This document shows positions 33,702 through 42,345 of a DNA stretch of 64,000 nt, in pieces. The position numbers were made by a program, and so were the translations under genes. The stretch is from Microgenomates group bacterium (GTDB lineage: Bacteria > Patescibacteriota > Microgenomatia > UBA12405), in contig JBAQNJ010000001.1 of the NCBI GenBank assembly GCA_049303675.1, positions 821,443-885,442 on the forward strand. The letters are read 5' to 3'. Every line of letters starts with the position of its first letter. The first letter of the stretch is position 1. A model generated the notes under the pieces. The model ran no database searches and was not told the DNA's origin. It saw nothing but the letters and a program-made list of their open reading frames with translations.

Positions 33702-35183
33702 ATGGCAAAAGTTACTTTTACTATCTCAGGGTTATCGAAAAAATTCATATTCAAGACAATCGGCAAAGACATCTCAGCATTACAAAAAAAACTTTTTCGC
33801 TTGCAAATTGCCACCAAACTTCCTCCAGAATTTTTACCTCTCCATGCGTGTTTATTAAAAAAAAATAATATTGGTATTCTCTTGACCGGTCCGAGCCAAT
33901 CTGGCAAATCAACACTAGCTACTTTACTTAACCAAATAGGTTTTGAGCCTCTAGCAAATGATTTTGTTGCAGTTACCTCTGAAAAAAATAAATTGATGGC
34001 CAGTGATATTAATTACCAATCAAATAGTAACCACTACTTACCAACACCCATTGATTATATATTCGCTTTAAACTCAAAAGATGAACTTGATATCAGCAGA
34101 ATGTCCAAAAAGGTATTTAGACATTTTTATATAGAACAACTACAACCACTATCACACAAGTCAGTTTTGCCCTTAACAAAAAGACCACTGTTTAAACAAT
34201 TGTTTCTGAAACATATTAGCCTAGGAAACAGAAAAAACCCAGTGAAATGGCTCAAAAGCATAAAGTATATTATGTCTTTGTCAATACCAAAAAAAGTTGG
34301 AATTTTTGGGTTAGGTACAATTGGCCAAGATATATCAAGCCTACTTCTTACCCAATCAAATTTAAGTGAATTACATCTATTTACCCGCGATCAAATTAAA
34401 CTAGCTTCTTTCGTTTTAGATTTAAAAAGTGCCAACCAAAAACTAGTAATTATTGCTCATACAAAAGTCGAGGACTTTTTTAACAGTAGTGATATCGTAA
34501 TTCTGTGTTTTAGAGAAGACGTATCCGTAACCTCTAGTCCCCAAGTTGAAGAAAGAGTTAAGAAACTTCTTCCCCACTCAAAGATTATTTGGGATCTCAG
34601 TCGTGTTACTCGTAAGGTTGGATTTACGGGCAGTATTTTAATGGTTACTAACCCAGTCGACTTGCTCTCTTCGCTACTCTACAACTTTTCATGGTTAAAT
34701 GATCAGAACCAGTCAGATGACCAAGGGCTGTTTTCAAACCAAATACTTGGAGTGGGAATTGGCTTAGACTATAAACGTTTAAAGACCTTCAAGCAGACGG
34801 AGAAATTAGAATTAGTTGGTCCACACGGTAGCGATTTACAACTTGCTCAGGTCAAAAACGGAATATTAACAGAGGCAAATTCAAAATACCTAGCCGGCGT
34901 CATAAGTTATTCCGATAAAATTCGACTTGGTTGTGCCCGAACTAGGGTGGGTCCAGTATATGAAATAAACAAAATTCTCACTACACTCTTGATAGGGAAA
35001 GGAATCATCAGAGCCTCTGGTTTATACCACTCAGGCATATTTTTAGGTAATATCTGGAGAATCAAGAATCACATTCCCAGCACTAACTATATTTTGGATA
35101 AAAAATTACAAAAAAAACTGGATCAGATATCCGCTAAACAAAACGATTTGTTGCAAACAACTAAAATCGATTTGTTTAGGTAG
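33702..35183 (+). CDS. two-domain fusion protein: N-terminal HprK-like P-loop kinase domain plus C-terminal L-lactate/malate dehydrogenase-like domain
   Basis: N: 'IGILLTGPSQSGKSTLATLLNQIGFEPLANDFVAV' (HprK C-domain-like Walker A). C: 'KKVGIFGLGTIGQD' (GxGxxG), 'LMVTNPVDLL' (NPVD), 'ILGVGIGLDYKRL' (LDxxR), 'VGPHGSDL' (catalytic His). Confidence 0.6.
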   Translation: MAKVTFTISGLSKKFIFKTIGKDISALQKKLFRLQIATKLPPEFLPLHACLLKKNNIGILLTGPSQSGKSTLATLLNQIGFEPLANDFVAVTSEKNKLMASDINYQSNSNHYLPTPIDYIFALNSKDELDISRMSKKVFRHFYIEQLQPLSHKSVLPLTKRPLFKQLFLKHISLGNRKNPVKWLKSIKYIMSLSIPKKVGIFGLGTIGQDISSLLLTQSNLSELHLFTRDQIKLASFVLDLKSANQKLVIIAHTKVEDFFNSSDIVILCFREDVSVTSSPQVEERVKKLLPHSKIIWDLSRVTRKVGFTGSILMVTNPVDLLSSLLYNFSWLNDQNQSDDQGLFSNQILGVGIGLDYKRLKTFKQTEKLELVGPHGSDLQLAQVKNGILTEANSKYLAGVISYSDKIRLGCARTRVGPVYEINKILTTLLIGKGIIRASGLYHSGIFLGNIWRIKNHIPSTNYILDKKLQKKLDQISAKQNDLLQTTKIDLFR

Positions 35184-35250
35184 TTCTTCTGCTTGACACC
35201 TAAGTATCGAGTATGTATCATTACCAGCAAATAAGAAAATTACCAAGTTT

Positions 35251-36333
35251 ATGTCACATAATTGCCGAGAATATAAAATTAGACCAGCCGAACCAAGTGA
35301 TGCACCCGAACTAGTTGAACTAGTTAAAAATGGTATGCCAGGCTATCCATTTGAATCTGTATATCGTGAACAATCAGTCAAAGAATCCATTGAAAGTCCA
35401 ACCTCATATAGAGTAATTGCTGAAAGAAAGGGCAAAGTTGTCGGAACCGCAGTCCTAGGTGAAACTGGTGAGTACCAACAAGAAATCAAAAGGGTTGTAG
35501 TCTCACCAACTGAGCGAGGCAATGGTCTCGCTAGCACCATGACCAAACACCTAGCCGATAAGGCCACTGCAGCAGGTATCGTCCCATGGCTAGATGCTAG
35601 AACCAGAGAACCCGCCATGCAGCAAGCTGGTCTAAGCGCTGGTATGCATGCCATGTCTCTCGAAAAAGGCAAACATCTAGTTTATAACCATTTAGATAGT
35701 CAAGGACAAGAAGTTGGCCCAGCTCGGGAAACTATGGTAAACGAAACATTACTAACAAAAGACCCTCAAGAATTGACTGGTGGACTAAAAAGATGGGGTC
35801 ATAATTTATTAAAAACTCTAGCGGCAAACATGGAAGATTCATTTTCTCCTCCACCCAAAGATGTAAGTATTGTAAATAAAGAAATACCTAGTGCTAGAGA
35901 AGTTAAGGAAAAAATTGAGAGAGGGATTAGAAACCTGTCACCAAGCACCGTTCAAAGGACTTCAAACCCCGACATCGTTATCCTCTCAGAACACCAAACA
36001 TCTATGGTAGTAGTCACGCCGGATGCATCAGCATTTGTTTTGACCAAACCAAACGTCGGACTAAAGAAGATGGTCGAAACAGGTGAAAAAATTGGACTAC
36101 AAACCATCACCGCATATATTGATATTGGTGATATTAAATCACAACGACATTTACGAGACGCAGATATGTCTCCAACTATGGTTCGCTTAAATCAAAACAA
36201 AAGGTGTGAACCTATAACCTATCAAGTAGGTTGGAGAAAAACGGCCAATAGCTTTAACCAGTGTGTCGACGAAATCAAAGTTGCCCCTGAAGCAGAACGT
36301 CAAATTCGAGACATCATCAAAAGAATTCCGTAA
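35251..36333 (+). CDS. GNAT-family N-acetyltransferase domain protein with ~200-aa C-terminal extension of unknown function
   Basis: 'IRPAEPSDAPELVELVK...VVGTAVLGE...VVVSPTERGNGLASTMTKHLADKA' GNAT motifs A/B. Confidence 0.6.
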   Translation: MSHNCREYKIRPAEPSDAPELVELVKNGMPGYPFESVYREQSVKESIESPTSYRVIAERKGKVVGTAVLGETGEYQQEIKRVVVSPTERGNGLASTMTKHLADKATAAGIVPWLDARTREPAMQQAGLSAGMHAMSLEKGKHLVYNHLDSQGQEVGPARETMVNETLLTKDPQELTGGLKRWGHNLLKTLAANMEDSFSPPPKDVSIVNKEIPSAREVKEKIERGIRNLSPSTVQRTSNPDIVILSEHQTSMVVVTPDASAFVLTKPNVGLKKMVETGEKIGLQTITAYIDIGDIKSQRHLRDADMSPTMVRLNQNKRCEPITYQVGWRKTANSFNQCVDEIKVAPEAERQIRDIIKRIP

Positions 36334-36348
36334 GTATATAATTAGACA

Positions 36349-37425
36349 ATGAAAAACGAATTGTTGAAAATATTAACCAAGCTTGTCAGCTTCCAAACAA
36401 CCAACGACCAGCCAGAAAATATTACCAAATGCTTTGACTATATAGATAGCCAGTTATCTTTTTATCCCTTCGCCAAAAAAATATATATCCAAAATGGGGT
36501 AGAATCACGTGTCTGGAGTACAAAAAAATCCCTAAACACGGAATATATTCTAAATGCTCATATTGATGTAGTACCTGCAGATCAAAAACTTTTTAAGCTC
36601 CACCTTCAACAAGACAAACTAAATGGCAGGGGAGTGTCCGACATGAAATTCTCGATTGCCTCCTACATTTGTATTTTAAAAGATATCTATACTGCTACAA
36701 AGAAGCTACCGTCCATTGCCCTTATGTTGACTTCAGACGAAGAGCTTGGTGGCTATAACGGTGTCAACTACTTGGTTAATCAAATTGGATATAGTGCCTC
36801 TGTCGTTATGGTACCCGATGGTGGAGAGAATAACAAAATAGTTGAAAACGCCAAGGGTGTGTTGCATTTACAAATTAGTTCCACTGGTATTCCCGCCCAC
36901 GCTGCCAGACTTTGGGAAGGGGAATCTGCAATTGAAAAATTAGCTCAGGCTATTGTCAATTTACGAAAAATATATCCTTATCCGTCAAAATCTGTTTGGA
37001 AAAACACCCTAAATATAGGTAAAATACAAGGTGGCACTCAAACTAATCAAGTTCCGGATTCAGCTTTTATGTATCTCGACATCCGCTATCTCCCCACTAC
37101 CAACACTGATATTGTAGTAAAAAAAATAGCCAATGCCTGCCCCAATTGTCAAGTTAAAACAATTATTAATGGTGAGGCTTTTCATATAGACAAAAACAAT
37201 AAATATATTAGCAGGTGGGCCAAGTTAATTTCAAATGGCAAACAGGTTTATATTAATGAAAACATAGCTTCAGATGGTCGATACTTCTCTGCCAAAAACA
37301 TTCCGGTAATTGTTTCCAAACCAATTGGTGGACTAATTCACCACCATGATGAATGGACTAGCCTATCTTCCCTCATGGAATTTACTAACAATCTGAAAAA
37401 ATTTTTGACAAATGACACTGACTAG
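36349..37425 (+). CDS. M20-family metallopeptidase/deacylase (ArgE/DapE/CPG2-like)
   Basis: 'LNAHIDVVP', 'GRGVSDMKFSIA', 'LMLTSDEELGG' metal-binding motifs. Confidence 0.7.
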   Translation: MKNELLKILTKLVSFQTTNDQPENITKCFDYIDSQLSFYPFAKKIYIQNGVESRVWSTKKSLNTEYILNAHIDVVPADQKLFKLHLQQDKLNGRGVSDMKFSIASYICILKDIYTATKKLPSIALMLTSDEELGGYNGVNYLVNQIGYSASVVMVPDGGENNKIVENAKGVLHLQISSTGIPAHAARLWEGESAIEKLAQAIVNLRKIYPYPSKSVWKNTLNIGKIQGGTQTNQVPDSAFMYLDIRYLPTTNTDIVVKKIANACPNCQVKTIINGEAFHIDKNNKYISRWAKLISNGKQVYINENIASDGRYFSAKNIPVIVSKPIGGLIHHHDEWTSLSSLMEFTNNLKKFLTNDTD

Positions 37426-37744
37426 ACTAAAAGGAATTGGTATTGGCAACTCAAAAGGGAGTGGCCGAGTTTTAATCATTAGTTCACATCAGGATTTTGC
37501 CAAAGTCAAGGGTAATGAGGTCCTCGTGGTCCAAAATGCCACACCCGATTTCATTGTAATTCTCAAAAAAGTAAAATGTCTTATCACCGATCAAGGCGGA
37601 GCCACTTCTCATATCGCCATTGTTTGTCGTGAGTTGTCCATACATGCCATTATTGCCACCGGCCTAGCCACAGCCAAATTCCATAATAACGATGAAATTT
37701 ACTTTGATACAACAAAAGGAACTGTCACCAGATATGATCCATAA
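37412..37744 (+). CDS. stand-alone PEP-utilizing-enzyme mobile (phosphohistidine swivel) domain protein
   Basis: 'LITDQGGATSHIAIVCRELSIHAIIATG' matches the swivel His motif (compare 'GGQTSHAAIVSRELGVPCVVG' in ppsA of this window); 110 aa. Confidence 0.65.
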   Translation: MTLTRLKGIGIGNSKGSGRVLIISSHQDFAKVKGNEVLVVQNATPDFIVILKKVKCLITDQGGATSHIAIVCRELSIHAIIATGLATAKFHNNDEIYFDTTKGTVTRYDP

Positions 37745-38483
37745 ATCACTTCAACTACTCCATAAAACATTAATTAGTTATCCGTCAATCGTCACTAATT
37801 ACTTTGACAAGTGGGGGATCAGGCCAGAGAACTTGATCACCCGTCTTTCCGACACCAATTTTCATGGAGGCATTGAATCAAAGATTATTTCAATCCACAA
37901 CCTCCCCTCAAAAAAATATTCCACTACATTAGACATAGGTCCAGAAACGGGGATAGAAATATTTCTACTTTCAGAGATATCTGCCCATCTTCAAGTAGCC
38001 GACCCAGATGAAGACAATTTAATTCTATTAAAATCTATTACCGACAAGGCCCTTCCAATTTATTCAAAAAATATCAAATATATCCCCTGTGGACTAGATA
38101 ACAGCCATACCTATCTAGCAGAAAATTCATACTATACCCAACTAAAAAAAATACAAAAAAATTCAATTCCTACGTTTTACCATCTCACTTCCACCTCAGA
38201 ACTGGCCAATCTAGATTCAAAATTTGACCTAATCTATATCCACAAAATTATATCCACTATTAGTCGTTCACAAAAAACCCCAGCCAACTCAATATTTCAT
38301 AAATCACTTGACACGCTTTTTACTAAACTAAATAAAAAAGGCATTATTTCTTGGACTGAGCCAAAATTCTTCTGGGATCAACAAAAATTGACTATACCTG
38401 ATAAATATAAGACAAAAGTTATAGACTATCAACTCTCCAACACAGCTGACAATTATCGACAACTATTAATAACTCATGATTAA
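37734..38483 (+). CDS. hypothetical protein, possible class I SAM-methyltransferase-like
   Basis: start trimmed to Met15 to reduce overlap; 'TLDIGPETGIEIFLLSE' loosely resembles MTase motif I; weak. Confidence 0.3.
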   Translation: MIHKSLQLLHKTLISYPSIVTNYFDKWGIRPENLITRLSDTNFHGGIESKIISIHNLPSKKYSTTLDIGPETGIEIFLLSEISAHLQVADPDEDNLILLKSITDKALPIYSKNIKYIPCGLDNSHTYLAENSYYTQLKKIQKNSIPTFYHLTSTSELANLDSKFDLIYIHKIISTISRSQKTPANSIFHKSLDTLFTKLNKKGIISWTEPKFFWDQQKLTIPDKYKTKVIDYQLSNTADNYRQLLITHD

Positions 38484-39444
38484 CCCCCGCTTAAATCCCT
38501 GGAACATTTATGGAAATTTTTCCAATCCAGACCCATCCATTACCGCCAACGTATATGCCAATGGTCATGAATGGTACAACTCTTACATGCCACCTTTTTT
38601 TTTGCTAAAAGACAAGCAACAAATCGCCAACATCAGAAAGAAACTTGATAAAGAATATATACAATATATATCAACAATATTTTCACCAAAAAATAGACTA
38701 AAAACAATCAAATTGCAATATTACCGAATCAAAAAATTTTTTAGCTTATCGAAAAAATTGATTCCAGAATTTGAGAAAATCGACGATCTCCAAAAACTGA
38801 ATCAACTACTTTATAAGTCAATCAATCTGATGCAGACATACCTAAACCCACTAGAGGCCATTGTCACCGGTAAACGTTCTTTATACAACCCGATTCCTCA
38901 TATTTTTAAAAACCAACATACCCAAATTGAATCACTAAAAAAATCACCCTCCTTAGAAACAATTTTTATTCCCATGTCAATAATTTTCACACACCGAAAA
39001 ACATTTTCAATTGAATATAAAAAAGTATTCAAGTATCTTACCTCCACTTTATTTTGTACCTCCAGAGATCTTCAGTTTGCCTTTAAATATGTTGAGAAGA
39101 CCTATCACTATAGTCACTTTATGGAATTATTTGACGCCCAACATGTTGTCAAACAAAATTATCACAAAATATTACACCTATCAGAACTCACACCTACCCA
39201 AGAATTTGTACACCATCTTCAGACAATCAGTGGTATTTTAACATGGTCAAAATATATCCCGATATCATACAAACCACTCCACTTTCGCTATTTTTGTGAA
39301 ATAGAAACATATTCAATTCTCTTAAATACACCCGAGGTAAAAGCATCAGAATTTCTCAAAAAAGAACTGTCGATCAAATCAAACTCAGGCTCAGAAAAGT
39401 TTGCCAAAACTATTTTTGCATTTAAATATTTTAACCATTTCTAA
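38476..39444 (+). CDS. hypothetical protein (322 aa)
   Basis: ORF overlapping the upstream stop; no motif recognised. Confidence 0.35.
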   Translation: MINPRLNPWNIYGNFSNPDPSITANVYANGHEWYNSYMPPFFLLKDKQQIANIRKKLDKEYIQYISTIFSPKNRLKTIKLQYYRIKKFFSLSKKLIPEFEKIDDLQKLNQLLYKSINLMQTYLNPLEAIVTGKRSLYNPIPHIFKNQHTQIESLKKSPSLETIFIPMSIIFTHRKTFSIEYKKVFKYLTSTLFCTSRDLQFAFKYVEKTYHYSHFMELFDAQHVVKQNYHKILHLSELTPTQEFVHHLQTISGILTWSKYIPISYKPLHFRYFCEIETYSILLNTPEVKASEFLKKELSIKSNSGSEKFAKTIFAFKYFNHF

Positions 39445-39463
39445 TGTGATATCATCATGTCAA

Positions 39464-39536
39464 GCCGAAATAGCCAAGATGGTCACGGCACTGGTCTGAA
39501 AAACCTGGGATGTTGGTTCGAGTCCAACTTTCGGCA
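39464..39536 (+). tRNA. tRNA-Phe (anticodon GAA), copy 2 (73/73 identical to 13360..13432)
   Basis: GCCGAAATAGCCAAGATGGTCACGGCACTGGTCTGAAAAACCTGGGATGTTGGTTCGAGTCCAACTTTCGGCA. Confidence 0.65.
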
Positions 39537-39685
39537 CTAGATGTCTGTTCTTTGCGGTACACTCCTTTTTCTTATTTCTATCATCGTTGTCTCTATTTTT
39601 TTTTGATATTCTACCAGTTTATAACTCCCGTCTTTAATCCACGGTAGAAGATTATCTTTTTTTGTTTCATTTTTTGTAGTCATAC

Positions 39686-39712
39686 AACAAAAAACCTCCC
39701 TTTCGGGAGGTT
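39686..39712 (-). terminator. rho-independent terminator for the decarboxylase gene (CCTCCC-TTTC-GGGAGG + T-run on minus strand)
   Basis: read directly. Confidence 0.55.
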
Positions 39713-39834
39713 CCTAATTTAAATCTATAATGAGATTACAAGTTAGGCCCCCCTAAGGAAGGCATAAAAAAGAAGAATTGGACACCCTTCATTACTTGTA
39801 ACACTAATCAATTATATACTAGTAATTGCATCTG

Positions 39835-41415
39835 TCAACCCGTCCGCGCTTCGATGGCATCAAAAATTAGTTTTTCCAAATTATCCACAGCGTCGTCCAA
39901 TATACCGTCAGTTGTCCATGGATTCATAATACAGGCTCTCCATGTCCACAATTTTCTCTCCTTAGTATCTGTTTCATCAAGTAAATCAGTTTCGGAAAAA
40001 TAATAACCACCTGGATTCTGAAAATCATTATCTAAAACATGCCTTGTTTTTGTAATGAAGCAGTGAAATGCTTCACTGTGTCCGTCTAAGTTTAATTTAG
40101 CCAAAACATCATCCCTCAGGGTAAAACATAATAAATTTAGTTCTGGGTCATGAAATGGACGTAAATATGTTGACTCCTTCAGCCTTGCATGAAGATGATT
40201 TATTCTATCAAGTGCCATATCAAAACTAGTTTGGAGTCCTTCCCTTCCCAAAGTATCCATCATCGCTTTGACTACCAATATTCCTCCAGCCCCTCCCGAT
40301 CCTTCAATTCTTTTAGAGCCTAATCCAGCCGTCCCTTCAATTAAAGATTTTGCGATCCTAGGCCTATCTTTTTCAAATTCTTCGGATTTATCAGCCATAT
40401 TTATCCCAATATAATTAGCTTTCACCCCTTTGGCTAATCCTGCATGTTTCCTCGCATCTTTGAAGCAGACGGCCCCACTACTTCCATTATATGGACCATA
40501 CAAGTTTTTGTGGACATCAAATACAACCGCATCATATTCTGGCAAGCCATCAAATTTATCACCAACCCTAGATAGTCTATACGGTGCACCATAGGCAGCA
40601 TCTCCAATCGTAAAGATTTCATTTTCACAAGCAATTCTATTTATCTCAACCCCGTCATCAACCAGCCCAGTTTCCGTTTCTCCCATGATTCCGATAATCG
40701 CCATTACAGGAATTCCCTTTGATTCCGCCTCACGAATTTTGTTTCTAAGATCATCTAGCGACATCTTTAAACCACATGTTTTTAATGTTTGTATTTTTAT
40801 ATTGTGATTTGGTCCACCCAATAAATCCACTGCCTTCGGAATAGAGTAATGGGCCATATCAGTAGTTAGCACCCAAACTTCATCAGGAAATCTTGTTCCA
40901 GCTTGTTCATACTTGGCTTCCATTTCTTTTCGAGCAACTGCAAGAGCAGTGAAATTGGCCATAGTCCCACCAGAACAAAATGTACCACTAGCTTTTTCCT
41001 TATCATAACCAATAATATCTAAGATATGTCCCATCGATTGATGTTCCAAACGTGTTTCTACCATACTCACCTCAGGCGCTACTGTGTTTGAACCTAATTC
41101 TGTCGACAGCAAATTTGCTACCAGTGCCGGAATAGGTACCTCAGTCAACATATGGCCCAAATAATTACTTGTAAACCTCCTAGCTCCTGACATTTGAACA
41201 AAACTATCGTTCATACCAGCCATCAGCTCCAAATTATTTTCCGAACCTTCGGCCAACAACTCTTTCAATAGTTTCTCTGCCAGAAACTCTCTATCCTCCT
41301 GTTGATTAGCAAAAGCCGCCAAAACTCTGCTTACCTCAACCTCCGAGTGATCAGTAGAAGTTGGTCTTTCTTTTATTGCTTTTGTCATAAAAAAAAGCCC
41401 CGCATAGCGGGGCAA
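39835..41415 (-). CDS. PLP-dependent group II decarboxylase (glutamate/tyrosine/aspartate decarboxylase-like)
   Basis: 'FCSGGTMANFTALAVARK', PLP-Lys 'FDVHKNLYG'; 526 aa. Confidence 0.75.
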   Translation of the reverse strand: MPRYAGLFFMTKAIKERPTSTDHSEVEVSRVLAAFANQQEDREFLAEKLLKELLAEGSENNLELMAGMNDSFVQMSGARRFTSNYLGHMLTEVPIPALVANLLSTELGSNTVAPEVSMVETRLEHQSMGHILDIIGYDKEKASGTFCSGGTMANFTALAVARKEMEAKYEQAGTRFPDEVWVLTTDMAHYSIPKAVDLLGGPNHNIKIQTLKTCGLKMSLDDLRNKIREAESKGIPVMAIIGIMGETETGLVDDGVEINRIACENEIFTIGDAAYGAPYRLSRVGDKFDGLPEYDAVVFDVHKNLYGPYNGSSGAVCFKDARKHAGLAKGVKANYIGINMADKSEEFEKDRPRIAKSLIEGTAGLGSKRIEGSGGAGGILVVKAMMDTLGREGLQTSFDMALDRINHLHARLKESTYLRPFHDPELNLLCFTLRDDVLAKLNLDGHSEAFHCFITKTRHVLDNDFQNPGGYYFSETDLLDETDTKERKLWTWRACIMNPWTTDGILDDAVDNLEKLIFDAIEARTG

Positions 41416-41524
41416 AATTACCTAATAAATGTAAAGCAGAAAAAATTTATAAATAATTTTTCTATCATATTAGTCGCATTATATCACTAGCACAATGTTT
41501 GGAAATAACCAAATTCTTATAGGA

Positions 41525-41869
41525 TTATTTTGATCTCAATAAGTCGGTGAACATCACTTCTCCAAACTTTTTAGCACTGGGATCTCTACTTAGTCCGTCC
41601 TCGACCAAATCCAACATTGCTCCTGCCGCCAATGGTGCTCTGATTACTTCTGTTGTCCTATATAGTCTATTGTGCTCAACCGGCAACCGCTCAATGCCCA
41701 CACTTCTTAATGTCATTTGGGTGTCACTATTCATCTCTCCACCCCTAAATCCATTTGTGGCAATTACTATTTCCCAAGCCAGTTTACGCATGTCTAGATC
41801 AGCAGGATTAGACGTTTTTACTATTTGTACAAATTCTTTTTTTAGTTGATCCATTTCTATCATGGGCAT
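41525..41869 (-). CDS. hypothetical protein (114 aa)
   Basis: ORF only. Confidence 0.3.
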   Translation of the reverse strand: MPMIEMDQLKKEFVQIVKTSNPADLDMRKLAWEIVIATNGFRGGEMNSDTQMTLRSVGIERLPVEHNRLYRTTEVIRAPLAAGAMLDLVEDGLSRDPSAKKFGEVMFTDLLRSK

Positions 41870-42345
41870 ATTTTATCACGACAACACCTACTTTACATTT
41901 TCCCCGATTATTTGTATATTTGACCCAATGACCTCTTTACGTCTTATTTCTATTTATAAACTTATTCACCCGCTAGCCGGAGGAATATTGACGTAAACAG
42001 TCCCCAAGTCAATTTAGCCCCTCCGGCAACGGAGGGGCTTTTTGTATCTTTGTTAATTATTTAAACAAAAAAATATGTCATCACAAATAGACAAGTGGAT
42101 AGAGCAACGTCGGTTAGCTCAAGAATTATCCAAAAAACAACGTCAAAATCTGGCCGATGTTGCAAAAATAGTAACCAGCAACATCCATCTTTTCCAGCCC
42201 AGAAATGTTGAAACAAAAGTTGCTGTCACCAAGTCAGAGTCAACTTCCAAACCCTAGTTTCGTCTCTAGCACTCCAAACAAATGAGTGCTAACAACAATA
42301 TCTAAACAGATACTTCCTATTTTTAGATAATATTTCTATATCAAT

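Larger units (their letters stand above)
33564..39540. mobile_element. ~6-kb accessory island interrupting pheS and ending in a duplicated tRNA-Phe (boundaries approximate)
   Basis: a conserved operon is broken at pheS codon 141; six co-directional accessory genes; an identical second tRNA-Phe copy at the distal end. Confidence 0.45.
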
